Virus record (IMG/VR): IMGVR_UViG_3300022879_000002
Coordinates: 32,001-96,000 of that record
Reading direction: 5' to 3' (one strand)
Source of the DNA: a virus
DNA length: 64,000 nt
The first letter of the stretch is position 1; each line of letters opens with the position of its first letter. This document shows positions 41,180-51,331 of this stretch, piece after piece. A program made the translations under genes and the position numbers. Below the pieces are notes generated by a model. It saw only the letters and a program-made list of their open reading frames with translations. It searched no databases and had not been told where the DNA came from.

Positions 41180-43735
41180 TTGGTAAGTGCTTTAGAAAAA
41201 CAGGTTTATATCTATAGTATTGGTACAGAAAGCTTCTATACCAATAGTGAAAATGAAATACATAAAAAATTAGTTAGGTTATACATATTAAGAGGTAAAT
41301 TAGATAAAGCAATCAAGAACAAAAAAGAGATTCGTGTTACTCGAAAAGAACGATTAGTTAAAACAAAAAAGAGTATTAACAAGATTGTACATAATTATAA
41401 AAAAGAACTGACTTCACAACTTAATGAATTTAAGGGAGTTAGAGATTTACGAGTTGATTCTTTAAGTGATAATAAAATCATCGGAATGTTTGATTCAGCA
41501 TTAACTAGGACTGTTGGAATGAAAGTAGATAGTTTATCAACAGATTTATTTATTGTAAGAGCTTTTTACTTTAGTGTGCTAAATAACATTATGAAAGATG
41601 GCTTTACTTACAATGGTGAGAAATATATTTATTTTTCATCTAGTGCAGGTCAAATAAGAACTAAGAAGGTTGTCTTTATTAAAGAATCATTATGGAATAA
41701 ATATGAGGGTTCGTTAACATGTGGTTTGAGTATAGGTGAGATTAATAGTAAAGGTGGCTGCAATGTTAATAAATTATTAGCATATAAAGCTTTAACTGCT
41801 TCTGCAAGCATTAAATGGAATGGTTTTGATATAGATAAAACCATTGTCGTTCCTGATTTAGAAACTAAAGTTAATTCCATCTTTGATTACATTGATCGAG
41901 ATACCTATAAGATTACTTGTAAAGAAATGAATGTGCCAATTGAACACACTGATGGTTGTGGGATGATTCTTCCTAGAAAATCAAAAAAAGCTTTTATGAC
42001 TAGGCTACCATATGTAAAAGGTTTACTAGTCCCCTTTCCATTTGACGAGTTTGCTAAATTACATGGTAATACTAAAGTAAAGGACATATACGGTAAGGAA
42101 TGGGATGTCATTGAAGATAATATTCAAGTTATTTTCACTAAATCTCAATTTAAAATGAAAGCATATTATGATAATTGGAACGATTATAAAAGAAGATTTA
42201 AAGAAAACAACTGTCAAGCTGTTAAGTTGAATGAAGAAGATATTGGTGAGAACGCTACTTTGAATTATCAAATGTTACAGACATTAACTGACATATCCAT
42301 TCAGGAATTAAAAGAGATATCTCAAGCTACTAGTGAAGACATTTTGAAAGTTGGTAATGATAAAGAAACTATGTTGAGAATTTTAGGGGCTACTGATGCA
42401 AATAAAAGGAAAAATCATTTCCAAATAGCACTCACCCTCTATCCAGAATTATTGAATGATGAGCATTCTAAAAAAGTTATAAAAGATAAGAAAAAATCTA
42501 TGGTCAACAATGCAAGAGCAGGTAAATTAAGAATAAATGGACGTTATCTTTATTTAATTCCTGACTTATATGCATTTTGTCAAAGATTGTTCTTAGGAAC
42601 GATCAATCCAACAGGTTTATTATCTAATGGCGATGTGTTTTGCAATGTTTATGACGAAGGCAAGGTAGATATTCTACGAAGCCCACATCTATATAAAGAA
42701 CATTGTGTAAGAAATGTCATTAAAGAAGAGGATTTGAGTAAATGGTTTATTACTAATGGTATTTATACAAGCATTCATGATCCTATTTCGAAAATTCTAC
42801 AATTCGATAACGATGGTGATAAAGCTCTGGTAATTCAAGATGACTTATTTGTAAAAGTTGCAGAAAGAAATATGGAGGACATTTACCCTCTTTATTATGA
42901 AATGGGGTTTGCTGACCCAGAAGTAATAGATAATACAAAAATTTATGACAGTTTATTGTTAGCATTTAAAGCTAATATCGGAGAAGTTAGTAATAACATC
43001 ACTAAAATATTTAATACTGATAAAGAAATTGATTTAGATGTTGTCAAATGGCTTACTGCTGAAAACAATTATATAATCGATTACGCTAAAACATTGTATA
43101 TGCCAAAGCGACCAGAGGATGTAGAAGAGAAAATTAAAGCTAGTATTAAAGGTAAAGTACCCTATTTCTTTATTGAAGCTAAAAATAAAGATAAGGACAA
43201 TGTTTCTGATATTACAAAAAGTACAGTTAACAGACTAAGGAAAATTATTCCTAATAGAAATATCAAGTTTGAGACAATTGCAGGTAATTTCGATTATAGG
43301 ATGTTAATGAGTGAAGACATTATCTATGCGAATCGAAAAATCATTGAAGCATATCGTAAATTAGATCGTTCTAAGAAATTTCTAATTAGGAATTCAAATA
43401 TTAAAGATAGAAATGAGGGCTTATTATATGTAAACAAATACATCATAAATGAACTATCAAAAATAGAATCAAATAAAGAAAAAATTGTCAATGTATTAGT
43501 TAAGGAACTATTCGGTAATTCTAAATCACCTAACAAATCAACATTATGGGATTGTTATGGCGACATCTTGGTTTCAAACCTTCGACAAAATTTAAAAGGT
43601 ACTAAGCAATGTAAATGTTGTGGGGTAAGAATTGAAGCAGTTAATAACAGAGTTAAGTTTTGTGCTGAATGTGCTAAAAATATAAATAGAGAAAAAACAA
43701 AAGAAAGAATGCGAAGTTCTAGGGCGAATGTTTGA
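41180..43735 (+). CDS. yonO: YonO-like single-subunit RNA polymerase
   Basis: LQFDNDGDKALV catalytic DxDGD loop, RSPH motif, C-terminal CxxC-CxxC; 851 aa. Confidence 0.92.
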   Translation: MVSALEKQVYIYSIGTESFYTNSENEIHKKLVRLYILRGKLDKAIKNKKEIRVTRKERLVKTKKSINKIVHNYKKELTSQLNEFKGVRDLRVDSLSDNKIIGMFDSALTRTVGMKVDSLSTDLFIVRAFYFSVLNNIMKDGFTYNGEKYIYFSSSAGQIRTKKVVFIKESLWNKYEGSLTCGLSIGEINSKGGCNVNKLLAYKALTASASIKWNGFDIDKTIVVPDLETKVNSIFDYIDRDTYKITCKEMNVPIEHTDGCGMILPRKSKKAFMTRLPYVKGLLVPFPFDEFAKLHGNTKVKDIYGKEWDVIEDNIQVIFTKSQFKMKAYYDNWNDYKRRFKENNCQAVKLNEEDIGENATLNYQMLQTLTDISIQELKEISQATSEDILKVGNDKETMLRILGATDANKRKNHFQIALTLYPELLNDEHSKKVIKDKKKSMVNNARAGKLRINGRYLYLIPDLYAFCQRLFLGTINPTGLLSNGDVFCNVYDEGKVDILRSPHLYKEHCVRNVIKEEDLSKWFITNGIYTSIHDPISKILQFDNDGDKALVIQDDLFVKVAERNMEDIYPLYYEMGFADPEVIDNTKIYDSLLLAFKANIGEVSNNITKIFNTDKEIDLDVVKWLTAENNYIIDYAKTLYMPKRPEDVEEKIKASIKGKVPYFFIEAKNKDKDNVSDITKSTVNRLRKIIPNRNIKFETIAGNFDYRMLMSEDIIYANRKIIEAYRKLDRSKKFLIRNSNIKDRNEGLLYVNKYIINELSKIESNKEKIVNVLVKELFGNSKSPNKSTLWDCYGDILVSNLRQNLKGTKQCKCCGVRIEAVNNRVKFCAECAKNINREKTKERMRSSRANV

Positions 43736-43952
43736 GATAGAAACTAAGTTAAACATTGAAATAGTAACAAGTTCGTCTAATTTAAAAGTGGGTAATACCT
43801 TTAAAACAGCGACATATCAACGTTTATAGGTACTTTTTAAGAATACTCTCTAAAGGAATAAAAAACTAAAGTACAAAGAAAAATGGTTCACTCCCCCCTT
43901 TTTAACATTAAAAATACATAAAATACAAATAGATAAAAGGAGAAATATTATT

Positions 43953-44252
43953 ATGACTAAATTAAATGTAACAGACTTAGGTAAATTAACAAAGGAAGCT
44001 TTTGAAGCTAAAGGTTTCGAAATGGATTCAAAACAATCTAAGGTTTATGTGGAAACAGTGTTTGAAGTTATTCGTGAACAATTAATTATAGGAAATGATA
44101 TTGATGTCTTTGGCTTCGGAAAATTAGAAAATAAAATACGTAAAGCTCGTAAAGGTCGTAACCCTGCTTCAGGTATTGAAATCGAAATCCCTGAAAAACG
44201 AGCAGTAGGATTTAAACCTGCTAAAAAACTTAAAGATGGATTAAATAATTAA
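43953..44252 (+). CDS. hup: HU family DNA-binding protein (YonN-like)
   Basis: FGFGKL...RKARKGRNP...IEIPEKRAVGFKP. Confidence 0.95.
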   Translation: MTKLNVTDLGKLTKEAFEAKGFEMDSKQSKVYVETVFEVIREQLIIGNDIDVFGFGKLENKIRKARKGRNPASGIEIEIPEKRAVGFKPAKKLKDGLNN

Positions 44253-44286
44253 AAACATAATAAAAAGTGGTTACGAATGAGGGGGT

Positions 44287-45270
44287 GTGCTCCCCTCACC
44301 ACTCCTTAAAGGGGTGTTGATAATATTACTGACAGATAAACTTGAATTAGTAAATCTAAGTTTTGGTTCAAAGAAGTTGATTACCATCAAGTGTGATTAT
44401 TGTGACAATATATTTAATAAAGAATATCGTAGATACTTAGAACATGGTCATTTCAATAAAGATTATTGTAAAAAGTGTATAAAAATCAAAAACGTTGAAG
44501 AATTTTTGATTAAATTAAATTCTAGTCAAACAAATGAAATTACTAAATATATGAATGACATTAATGACACCTCATTAAGTGGAGTTTATTCAGTAGTAAA
44601 TAAAGTTAATAATAAATCATACATAGGTTCATCTAAAAACATAATAAGTAGATGGAAGAACCACATAGAAGAAATTAATAAAGGAACTCATTATTGTAAT
44701 GAATTGAATTACATAGAATTAAATCAATTAGACTTCATTGTATTACACTATCCAGTAGACGTTAAAGATTTGATTGAATTAGAATACAACTATATAAATT
44801 TATTCAATACTAAAAATCCTGAGTTCGGATACAACATAATGAGTAAACGTAAAAAGAGCACTATTAAGACAGGAAGAAGATTTGAGTTAATAGAAAAACT
44901 ACAAAAATCTAAACTCAATTTATCTGAGGTAGAATCTATAAAAAGAGAATTATACAAAGGTACTTCAATGAAGGTATTATCAAAGCAGTATGGTATAAAT
45001 TACTCTACAGTACAGTCAATAAAGCGTTGTTCAATTTGGAAAGAGGTATTGCCCGAATTAAATGATCAATTAAAAAGTCTAGTATATAAAGATAGTTATA
45101 AAGGCGAATCAAATGGTTGTTCAAAATTAACTGAAGTACAAGTAAAAGAAATAAAAAGTTTGTTAAGCATTAAAAACATGACAATGACTGATATTGGTAA
45201 AAAGTACGGTGTCAGTAGGACATTAATAGGACATATAAAGAGTGGTAAGTTGTGGAGTCATGTAGTTTGA
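44287..45270 (+). CDS. Free-standing GIY-YIG homing endonuclease with C-terminal HTH repeats
   Basis: GVYSVVNKVNNKSYIGSS..SRWKNH; GESNGCSKLTEVQV...YGVSRTLI; likely TTG start at 44317. Confidence 0.88.
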   Translation: MLPSPLLKGVLIILLTDKLELVNLSFGSKKLITIKCDYCDNIFNKEYRRYLEHGHFNKDYCKKCIKIKNVEEFLIKLNSSQTNEITKYMNDINDTSLSGVYSVVNKVNNKSYIGSSKNIISRWKNHIEEINKGTHYCNELNYIELNQLDFIVLHYPVDVKDLIELEYNYINLFNTKNPEFGYNIMSKRKKSTIKTGRRFELIEKLQKSKLNLSEVESIKRELYKGTSMKVLSKQYGINYSTVQSIKRCSIWKEVLPELNDQLKSLVYKDSYKGESNGCSKLTEVQVKEIKSLLSIKNMTMTDIGKKYGVSRTLIGHIKSGKLWSHVV

Positions 45271-45427
45271 ATTAAAGAAACAACTTAATCCTTAATTCCA
45301 AATACATAGCAAATTAATACAGACGATTTAACATTCGGATAGAGTTAGAGGTAGGGTTCTCCCCTTCTCTGCTCTATCCTTTTAATTTTAATTAAAAATT
45401 AGATGAGGATATAAGGAGGATATAAAT

Positions 45428-45625
45428 ATGGCTAAGAAGACTAATCAAGTAGGATTCAAGGGTATTTTAGATGTAAATTTTGACGAAGGACTATCAACTA
45501 TTACAGAAGTAACGAAAGAGGCAGAATACGTATATGACTTCTTCAAAGAACTTGCTAATTTTAATGGTAAAAGTGTAACTATTTCAATTAAAGAAGATAA
45601 CGAAATTGCACCAATTGAAGAGTAA
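45428..45625 (+). CDS. yonK: YonK family protein
   Basis: KGILD...ITEVTKEAEYVYDF...FNGKSVTISIKE. Confidence 0.85.
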   Translation: MAKKTNQVGFKGILDVNFDEGLSTITEVTKEAEYVYDFFKELANFNGKSVTISIKEDNEIAPIEE

Positions 45626-45636
45626 GGAGTGATTAA

Positions 45637-46854
45637 ATGAGTTCTTATTCTTTAAAACGTAAAGTTGATGAGTCATTTGAAGATTATCATGTGCGCTTAT
45701 TTGAAGATGTACCAATCCATGAATTAAGTCCAGATGATATAACTGTACTGTTGAATCAGGAATCTGGTTTAAATTTTTCTGAATCTAAATGGCGTAAAGA
45801 TTATGCTCAATATGCAAAATGGAAGCCTTATATCTTATCAAAACAGTCTTCTGGTTCTGAGTTAGATAAGTTAACAATTAAAAAGTTAGAACTGCAAAAA
45901 GAACGCAGTAAGTTGTCTTCAGAAAAGAGTGAGTTGAATAAGTGGATTCGTGAACAAGCCCGTACTGAAAATATTTATGAGAAGATTGAACAAGCTATTA
46001 ATAATCTATCCCCTATTCAAGTACCAAAGTTTGAGATCCAAGAAAGCAACCATAAACGTACAGCTATTATTGACATTGCAGACTCACATTTTGGTAGTGA
46101 AGGTAGAATTTTAGGGTTTAATAATGAAGTATTAGCAGAATACAGCGTGGATATTTTCAAACGTAGAATGTGGGAATTGTTAGAGCATACAATTGCTATC
46201 ATTGAAAAAGAAAAGCTTACACATGTTACAGTACTAAACTTATCGGATTCAATTGATGGGTTAATTCATATGAATCAATTACAGTTTCAACAATTGGGTG
46301 TGGCAGATCAGGTGATGCAATTCGCAGAATTTATGAGTGAATGGTTAAATACTCTATCTGAATATGTGACTATTGATTATCGTTCTGTGTTAGGCAATCA
46401 TAGCGAGAATAGATATTTGAATAGCTCTCGTGGTGAATTTGCTCAAGAAAATATGGAACGCTTAATTGTTTGGTATTTGAAAACACGATTATGTGAAAAC
46501 AAGCGAATACAAGTATATGATGCAAAATCAATCATATATTTCGATGTATTAGGTACTAAAATTTTAGCTACACATGGGCAAGATGAGAAAAATTTAGAAT
46601 CATCTATTAAAGATTACATGATGATTTATGACGTTAATGTACACCTATTTAAGACTGGACACCTACATCATTTAAACAATAAGGTAATTGGAATGAATGG
46701 CTTACAGAATATCGAGTATATGCAATCCCCTTCTATGTGCGGAATCAATGAATATAGTATGAAGCTTAAAAAGACAGCAAATGCAGGTACTCTGATTACA
46801 ATTTTTGAAGAGAATTATGGAAAATATAATACATATGACATTCGATTTAAATAG
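45637..46854 (+). CDS. YonJ-like metallophosphoesterase
   Basis: DSHFG, LSDSIDG, GNH, THG, GHLHH motifs. Confidence 0.85.
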   Translation: MSSYSLKRKVDESFEDYHVRLFEDVPIHELSPDDITVLLNQESGLNFSESKWRKDYAQYAKWKPYILSKQSSGSELDKLTIKKLELQKERSKLSSEKSELNKWIREQARTENIYEKIEQAINNLSPIQVPKFEIQESNHKRTAIIDIADSHFGSEGRILGFNNEVLAEYSVDIFKRRMWELLEHTIAIIEKEKLTHVTVLNLSDSIDGLIHMNQLQFQQLGVADQVMQFAEFMSEWLNTLSEYVTIDYRSVLGNHSENRYLNSSRGEFAQENMERLIVWYLKTRLCENKRIQVYDAKSIIYFDVLGTKILATHGQDEKNLESSIKDYMMIYDVNVHLFKTGHLHHLNNKVIGMNGLQNIEYMQSPSMCGINEYSMKLKKTANAGTLITIFEENYGKYNTYDIRFK

Positions 46855-47003
46855 GTACTACATATGAGAATTCTAATATTCGAAGTTAGAATTAAAGTTT
46901 ATTTTTACATACTTAATTTTAAGAACTACTTAATACGGTTATTTTATTTAAATTAATACATAATAAACATGATATTTATCTAAAGAAATGAGGTGGATGA
47001 TGA

Positions 47004-47822
47004 TTGTCTACTAATAAAATAATATGTAGTGCTTGCGGAAAGCTAAATAAACAGGAGGATTATTATTCTTCGTTATCACATTTCATGAGGTATTTTGGGA
47101 AAGTTCACACTTGCAAAAAGTGTGTTTGGGAATATGTAGAACCCACCGCAAAGAATCAATATGACATGGAAAAAGTAAAAAAAGCTTTACGAATGATAGA
47201 TAAACCTTTTATTAAGGATTTATGGGAAGCATCAATTGAAGAAACAAAGTCAAAAACAAACTCTTGGACATATTTTAAAACATATATGAAGAATATAGCT
47301 CTCCCCCAAAATATTAACTTATCATGGGATGATTCAGAATTCAACTCTACAAATAATAACATAACCCATGATGAAAATTCTAATGATTTTAATGATAAAG
47401 AAAATAAATACTATAATAAAAAGTGGATGGGAGAATACTCTCCTTCTGAAATAGAATACTTAGAAGGTTATATTAACGGATTACATAAAGATTTTAAAAT
47501 TGTCACTGAAAATCATAAAGATTATGCCAAAAAGATAGCTAAAGCTAGTTTGCATATGGATAACTGTTTCAGAGATGTATTAGAAGGTGTTAGTGGTGCA
47601 GATAAACGGTATAAAGATGCCAAAGATGTATTTGATACCCTATCAAAATCAGCGCAATTCTCTGAATCGCAACGTGGACAAAACGAAGTTGGACTTGGAT
47701 GTTTCGGTCGAGTATTTGAATTAGTTGAAAATAAGACTTATATTCCTCAACATACACCGTTAAATAAAGATGATATTGATAAAATTTTAGATGATTTTAG
47801 TCATATTTCTAAGTCTTTGTGA
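47004..47822 (+). CDS. YonG-like protein, probable terminase small subunit
   Basis: N-terminal CxxC...CxxC; immediately upstream of terL. Confidence 0.55.
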   Translation: MSTNKIICSACGKLNKQEDYYSSLSHFMRYFGKVHTCKKCVWEYVEPTAKNQYDMEKVKKALRMIDKPFIKDLWEASIEETKSKTNSWTYFKTYMKNIALPQNINLSWDDSEFNSTNNNITHDENSNDFNDKENKYYNKKWMGEYSPSEIEYLEGYINGLHKDFKIVTENHKDYAKKIAKASLHMDNCFRDVLEGVSGADKRYKDAKDVFDTLSKSAQFSESQRGQNEVGLGCFGRVFELVENKTYIPQHTPLNKDDIDKILDDFSHISKSL

Positions 47823-47835
47823 GGTGTTGTAATAC

Positions 47836-49587
47836 ATGACATCTTACAGCAATTTCAGTCATAAAAGTAGAAAGAATAACGATAATGCCTATAATGACTT
47901 TGATAACTCTAATAGTTATGACCCTGCAAAAATGGAAGAGATAGATGTTGAAGAGTGGGTAAAATTCATATCTTATTATAGATACTATATTGATGAATTC
48001 GCTATCGACATCTTAGGATTGAAATTATATCCATTTCAAAGAGTAATACTTAGAGCAATGGCAAGACATGAGGAATCAATGTTCATTGCTTCTCGTGGAT
48101 TAGGAAAAAGTTATCTTTCCGCAGTATTTTTCATTTGTGTAGCAATTCTGTACCCATCAATTAAACTTGGAATAGCATCAGGTAAAGGTCAACAGAGTCG
48201 TAATGTAATTGTTCAAAAAGTAAAAGGTGAATTATATAAAAACGAAAATGTTAAGCGAGAAATAGAGAATATTAAGACTGGTTCAGATGATTGTTCTGTA
48301 ATTTTTAAAAACGGTGCAGAAATACGTGCTATTGTATTAGGTCATGATGGTGAAAATGCCCGTTCATGGCGTTTCTCACAAATACTAATAGACGAAGCAC
48401 GCTTGGTTTCTGATGACATCATATCTGAAATTTTAGTGCCAATGACTAAGACTAGGAGAAATACAGTTATTAATTTATCTATGATTTATGGAGATAAAAT
48501 GCCTGTAGAAAAAGGAAAAATAATCTATATATCATCTGCATATTTAAAAACTTGTAATTTATATGATAGATTTGTAACTCACTACAAAAGTATGATGGGC
48601 GGAAGTAAAGAATATTTTGTATGTACTTTACCTTATCAAGTGGGAGTAAACGCAGGTATTTACTACGAAGACGATATTCTTAAAGAAAAATCCAAACCAA
48701 GTATGACCTCTGATAAATTTGCTTATGAATATGAGGCAGTATTTGTTGGTAATAGTAATGATAGCTACTACCCTTATGACTTAACAGAAAATGTTAGATC
48801 GTTAGACAAAGTAGAAATAAGACAACCAAAAAAGGCTATTAATTCATATGTTATTTCACATGATGTTGCCATCTCAGATAAAGCAGGTAGTGATAATGCT
48901 TGTACAACTGTTATTAAATTAAAAGAAAAACCTAATGGGTCAATTATTAAAGAATTAGTGTACATAAAAACTCACAATGGATTATCTTTACCTGATCAAG
49001 CTAAATATTTGAGAGAATTACTATTAAAGTTCGATAATACTAAAAAACTGGTAATAGATGTACGAGGAAATGGTGAAGCATTGCCTTCTCTTTTGGCTGA
49101 ATCATGGGAGCATCCAAATGCTAATGGTGAAATGGTTGAATACCCTCCTCTAATTCCCGATGATGGAAATAGTAAGTATTCTAATATCAAGAATGCCAAT
49201 CCTTTAATTAGAGAAATAGCAGCAACCAATCAATTAAATAATACAATGTATACATATATGAAAACATGCTTTGAAGATAAAAGTCTGAGGCTACCAATAA
49301 GCTCTGCTGAAGTTGATGCCGACAATAAACAAGGTAAAATTTCTAATGAGGAGTTCTTGATACATGTTAATTCTGACTTATTAGTGCAAGAACTGAGTAA
49401 TATTAAGCAAGAAATAAGTGGACATGGCAATATTTTATATAATCGAATTGCTAAAGCTACTAAACGAGATCGAGTTACAAGTTTGGGATATGCCTTGTAT
49501 TACATAAAAGAATTGGAGATGGATAATAAGAATAATGTAAATTCCTCTATTGATGACTATTTATTCTTCATGCAATCAGGATTCTAA
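47836..49587 (+). CDS. terL: Terminase large subunit
   Basis: Walker A SRGLGKS, Walker B ILIDEA, nuclease HDVA...D and KRDRVTSL. Confidence 0.95.
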   Translation: MTSYSNFSHKSRKNNDNAYNDFDNSNSYDPAKMEEIDVEEWVKFISYYRYYIDEFAIDILGLKLYPFQRVILRAMARHEESMFIASRGLGKSYLSAVFFICVAILYPSIKLGIASGKGQQSRNVIVQKVKGELYKNENVKREIENIKTGSDDCSVIFKNGAEIRAIVLGHDGENARSWRFSQILIDEARLVSDDIISEILVPMTKTRRNTVINLSMIYGDKMPVEKGKIIYISSAYLKTCNLYDRFVTHYKSMMGGSKEYFVCTLPYQVGVNAGIYYEDDILKEKSKPSMTSDKFAYEYEAVFVGNSNDSYYPYDLTENVRSLDKVEIRQPKKAINSYVISHDVAISDKAGSDNACTTVIKLKEKPNGSIIKELVYIKTHNGLSLPDQAKYLRELLLKFDNTKKLVIDVRGNGEALPSLLAESWEHPNANGEMVEYPPLIPDDGNSKYSNIKNANPLIREIAATNQLNNTMYTYMKTCFEDKSLRLPISSAEVDADNKQGKISNEEFLIHVNSDLLVQELSNIKQEISGHGNILYNRIAKATKRDRVTSLGYALYYIKELEMDNKNNVNSSIDDYLFFMQSGF

Positions 49588-49617
49588 ATTAATAAATACA
49601 TAAAGAAAGGAGGATAA

Positions 49618-51120
49618 TTGAAAATGGTTGAAGATCATGATTACAAAGAATGGATTGAAGTTGCAGGATTAACTGATTATATAACTCAATATGGCTCTGG
49701 TTCATCATTATACGATTTAAAACTGTCAGACCTGTATAAATACTTGCAAAACCCTTATTCCAACATATCACAAATTCAAAAATCCTCTAAGTACCTAACT
49801 AATAAGCATGGAATAATAAAAGAAGTGTTAAGGACATTTAAATCACTTCCCTCTTTAGATTACATTATTTCTTGGTCAGATGTTGATGATGAAAAGAAAA
49901 TTAAAAAGTACGAACGAAGAGTAAATGATTTTCTTAAACAGATTGATATTAGAACTTTTGTAAGAGATGGATTGTTTGAAGTTGGGGAAATGGGAACTGT
50001 AGTATCTTGCTTTAGAAATAAAAAATACATACAATTCTTAGATTTAGATGATTTACGTATTAACAAACAACGCAATGGAAGATGGATTGTTGAATATGAT
50101 TTAAGCTCTATTAATAAACATAAAACAGTGAATGACAAATTAACAGTCATTGAGTCGTTACCTGAAGAAATAACACTTGAAAAATATAATCTTTATAAAA
50201 AGAAAGGTAAAGATTATCAATACATTGAGTTAAAGAATGCTGATGTTATTAACATTGATGCAAATCGAAATGTTCCATTTGGTCTACCTTTAACTTTGGG
50301 AGCATGGTCTTCGTTATTACAGAAAGAGATCATAGATAGAGTAGAACGATCTGTTGCAGATAGATTGTTAAAAACAATTGTTATTCTTTCAGCAGGTCAC
50401 TTAGATAAAAATGGGGAAAAACCAGTTCCAAAGGAAGTTATTACGGCTTATTTTAAAGAAGTAAGTAAATTGTTTCAAAAAAAAAATGGTGGAAGTTTAT
50501 CTAATCAAGATGACACTTCTGGAACAGGAACTATAGCCCTACCCCACTTCTTTAAGCTCGATACATTGAAAGTTGATACTGAACTTTTTAAAAAAGAACT
50601 TTATGAAAAAATTGAAAATGATATTTACGCTAATTTAGGTCTGAGTCCTGCTGTTATTTGGGGCGGAGGATCGAGTGGGAATTATAGTGCAGCAACATTA
50701 AATGGTCAAAAGTTCTACCAATACATATACACTGTTTTAGAGAAATTTGAAATCATTATCAATCGATACATCAATCAAATATTACCTAATAATGTGTCAT
50801 GTCAATTTATTTTCTCAAGAACAACTATTTTTGATAAAGATAAGCATGTTGATAAATATAAGGAATTATATTTGCAAACTGGCATATCTAAATTTTGGTT
50901 AGAGTCACTTACAGGATTGCCATATGAAAATGTCATTGGCCAAGCTGAGTATGAACGTAAGATATTGAAAACTGAACAATTCATGTACCCACCGTCAAAT
51001 GCTTATACGCAAAGTGGAAACGCAAATGGTAGACCTCCAGATGATAATCCAACAAATGAGAGTACTATTAAATCAAAATCTTCAAATGGAAACAGCAATC
51101 CAAGACCTTCCACAACATAA
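49618..51120 (+). CDS. Portal protein (YonE-like)
   Basis: 500 aa after terL; IYANLGLS motif; SPbeta synteny. Confidence 0.8.
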   Translation: MKMVEDHDYKEWIEVAGLTDYITQYGSGSSLYDLKLSDLYKYLQNPYSNISQIQKSSKYLTNKHGIIKEVLRTFKSLPSLDYIISWSDVDDEKKIKKYERRVNDFLKQIDIRTFVRDGLFEVGEMGTVVSCFRNKKYIQFLDLDDLRINKQRNGRWIVEYDLSSINKHKTVNDKLTVIESLPEEITLEKYNLYKKKGKDYQYIELKNADVINIDANRNVPFGLPLTLGAWSSLLQKEIIDRVERSVADRLLKTIVILSAGHLDKNGEKPVPKEVITAYFKEVSKLFQKKNGGSLSNQDDTSGTGTIALPHFFKLDTLKVDTELFKKELYEKIENDIYANLGLSPAVIWGGGSSGNYSAATLNGQKFYQYIYTVLEKFEIIINRYINQILPNNVSCQFIFSRTTIFDKDKHVDKYKELYLQTGISKFWLESLTGLPYENVIGQAEYERKILKTEQFMYPPSNAYTQSGNANGRPPDDNPTNESTIKSKSSNGNSNPRPSTT

Positions 51121-51331
51121 AGGAAGTGATAAAATGAAAGGTTACTCCCCCAATTTAACCAATAAAGAGAAAACTAAAGAAATATCTTCAAAAATTAAAC
51201 AAGAGTTCATTGAATTAGGTACTGTGAATACAACACAAAATGAAGATATTTATCTTGAAAAATATATAAAAATAAAGATAGATAATTAATAATAAATAGT
51301 TCACTCTTTAAAAGGAGGTGAGAATTATTAA

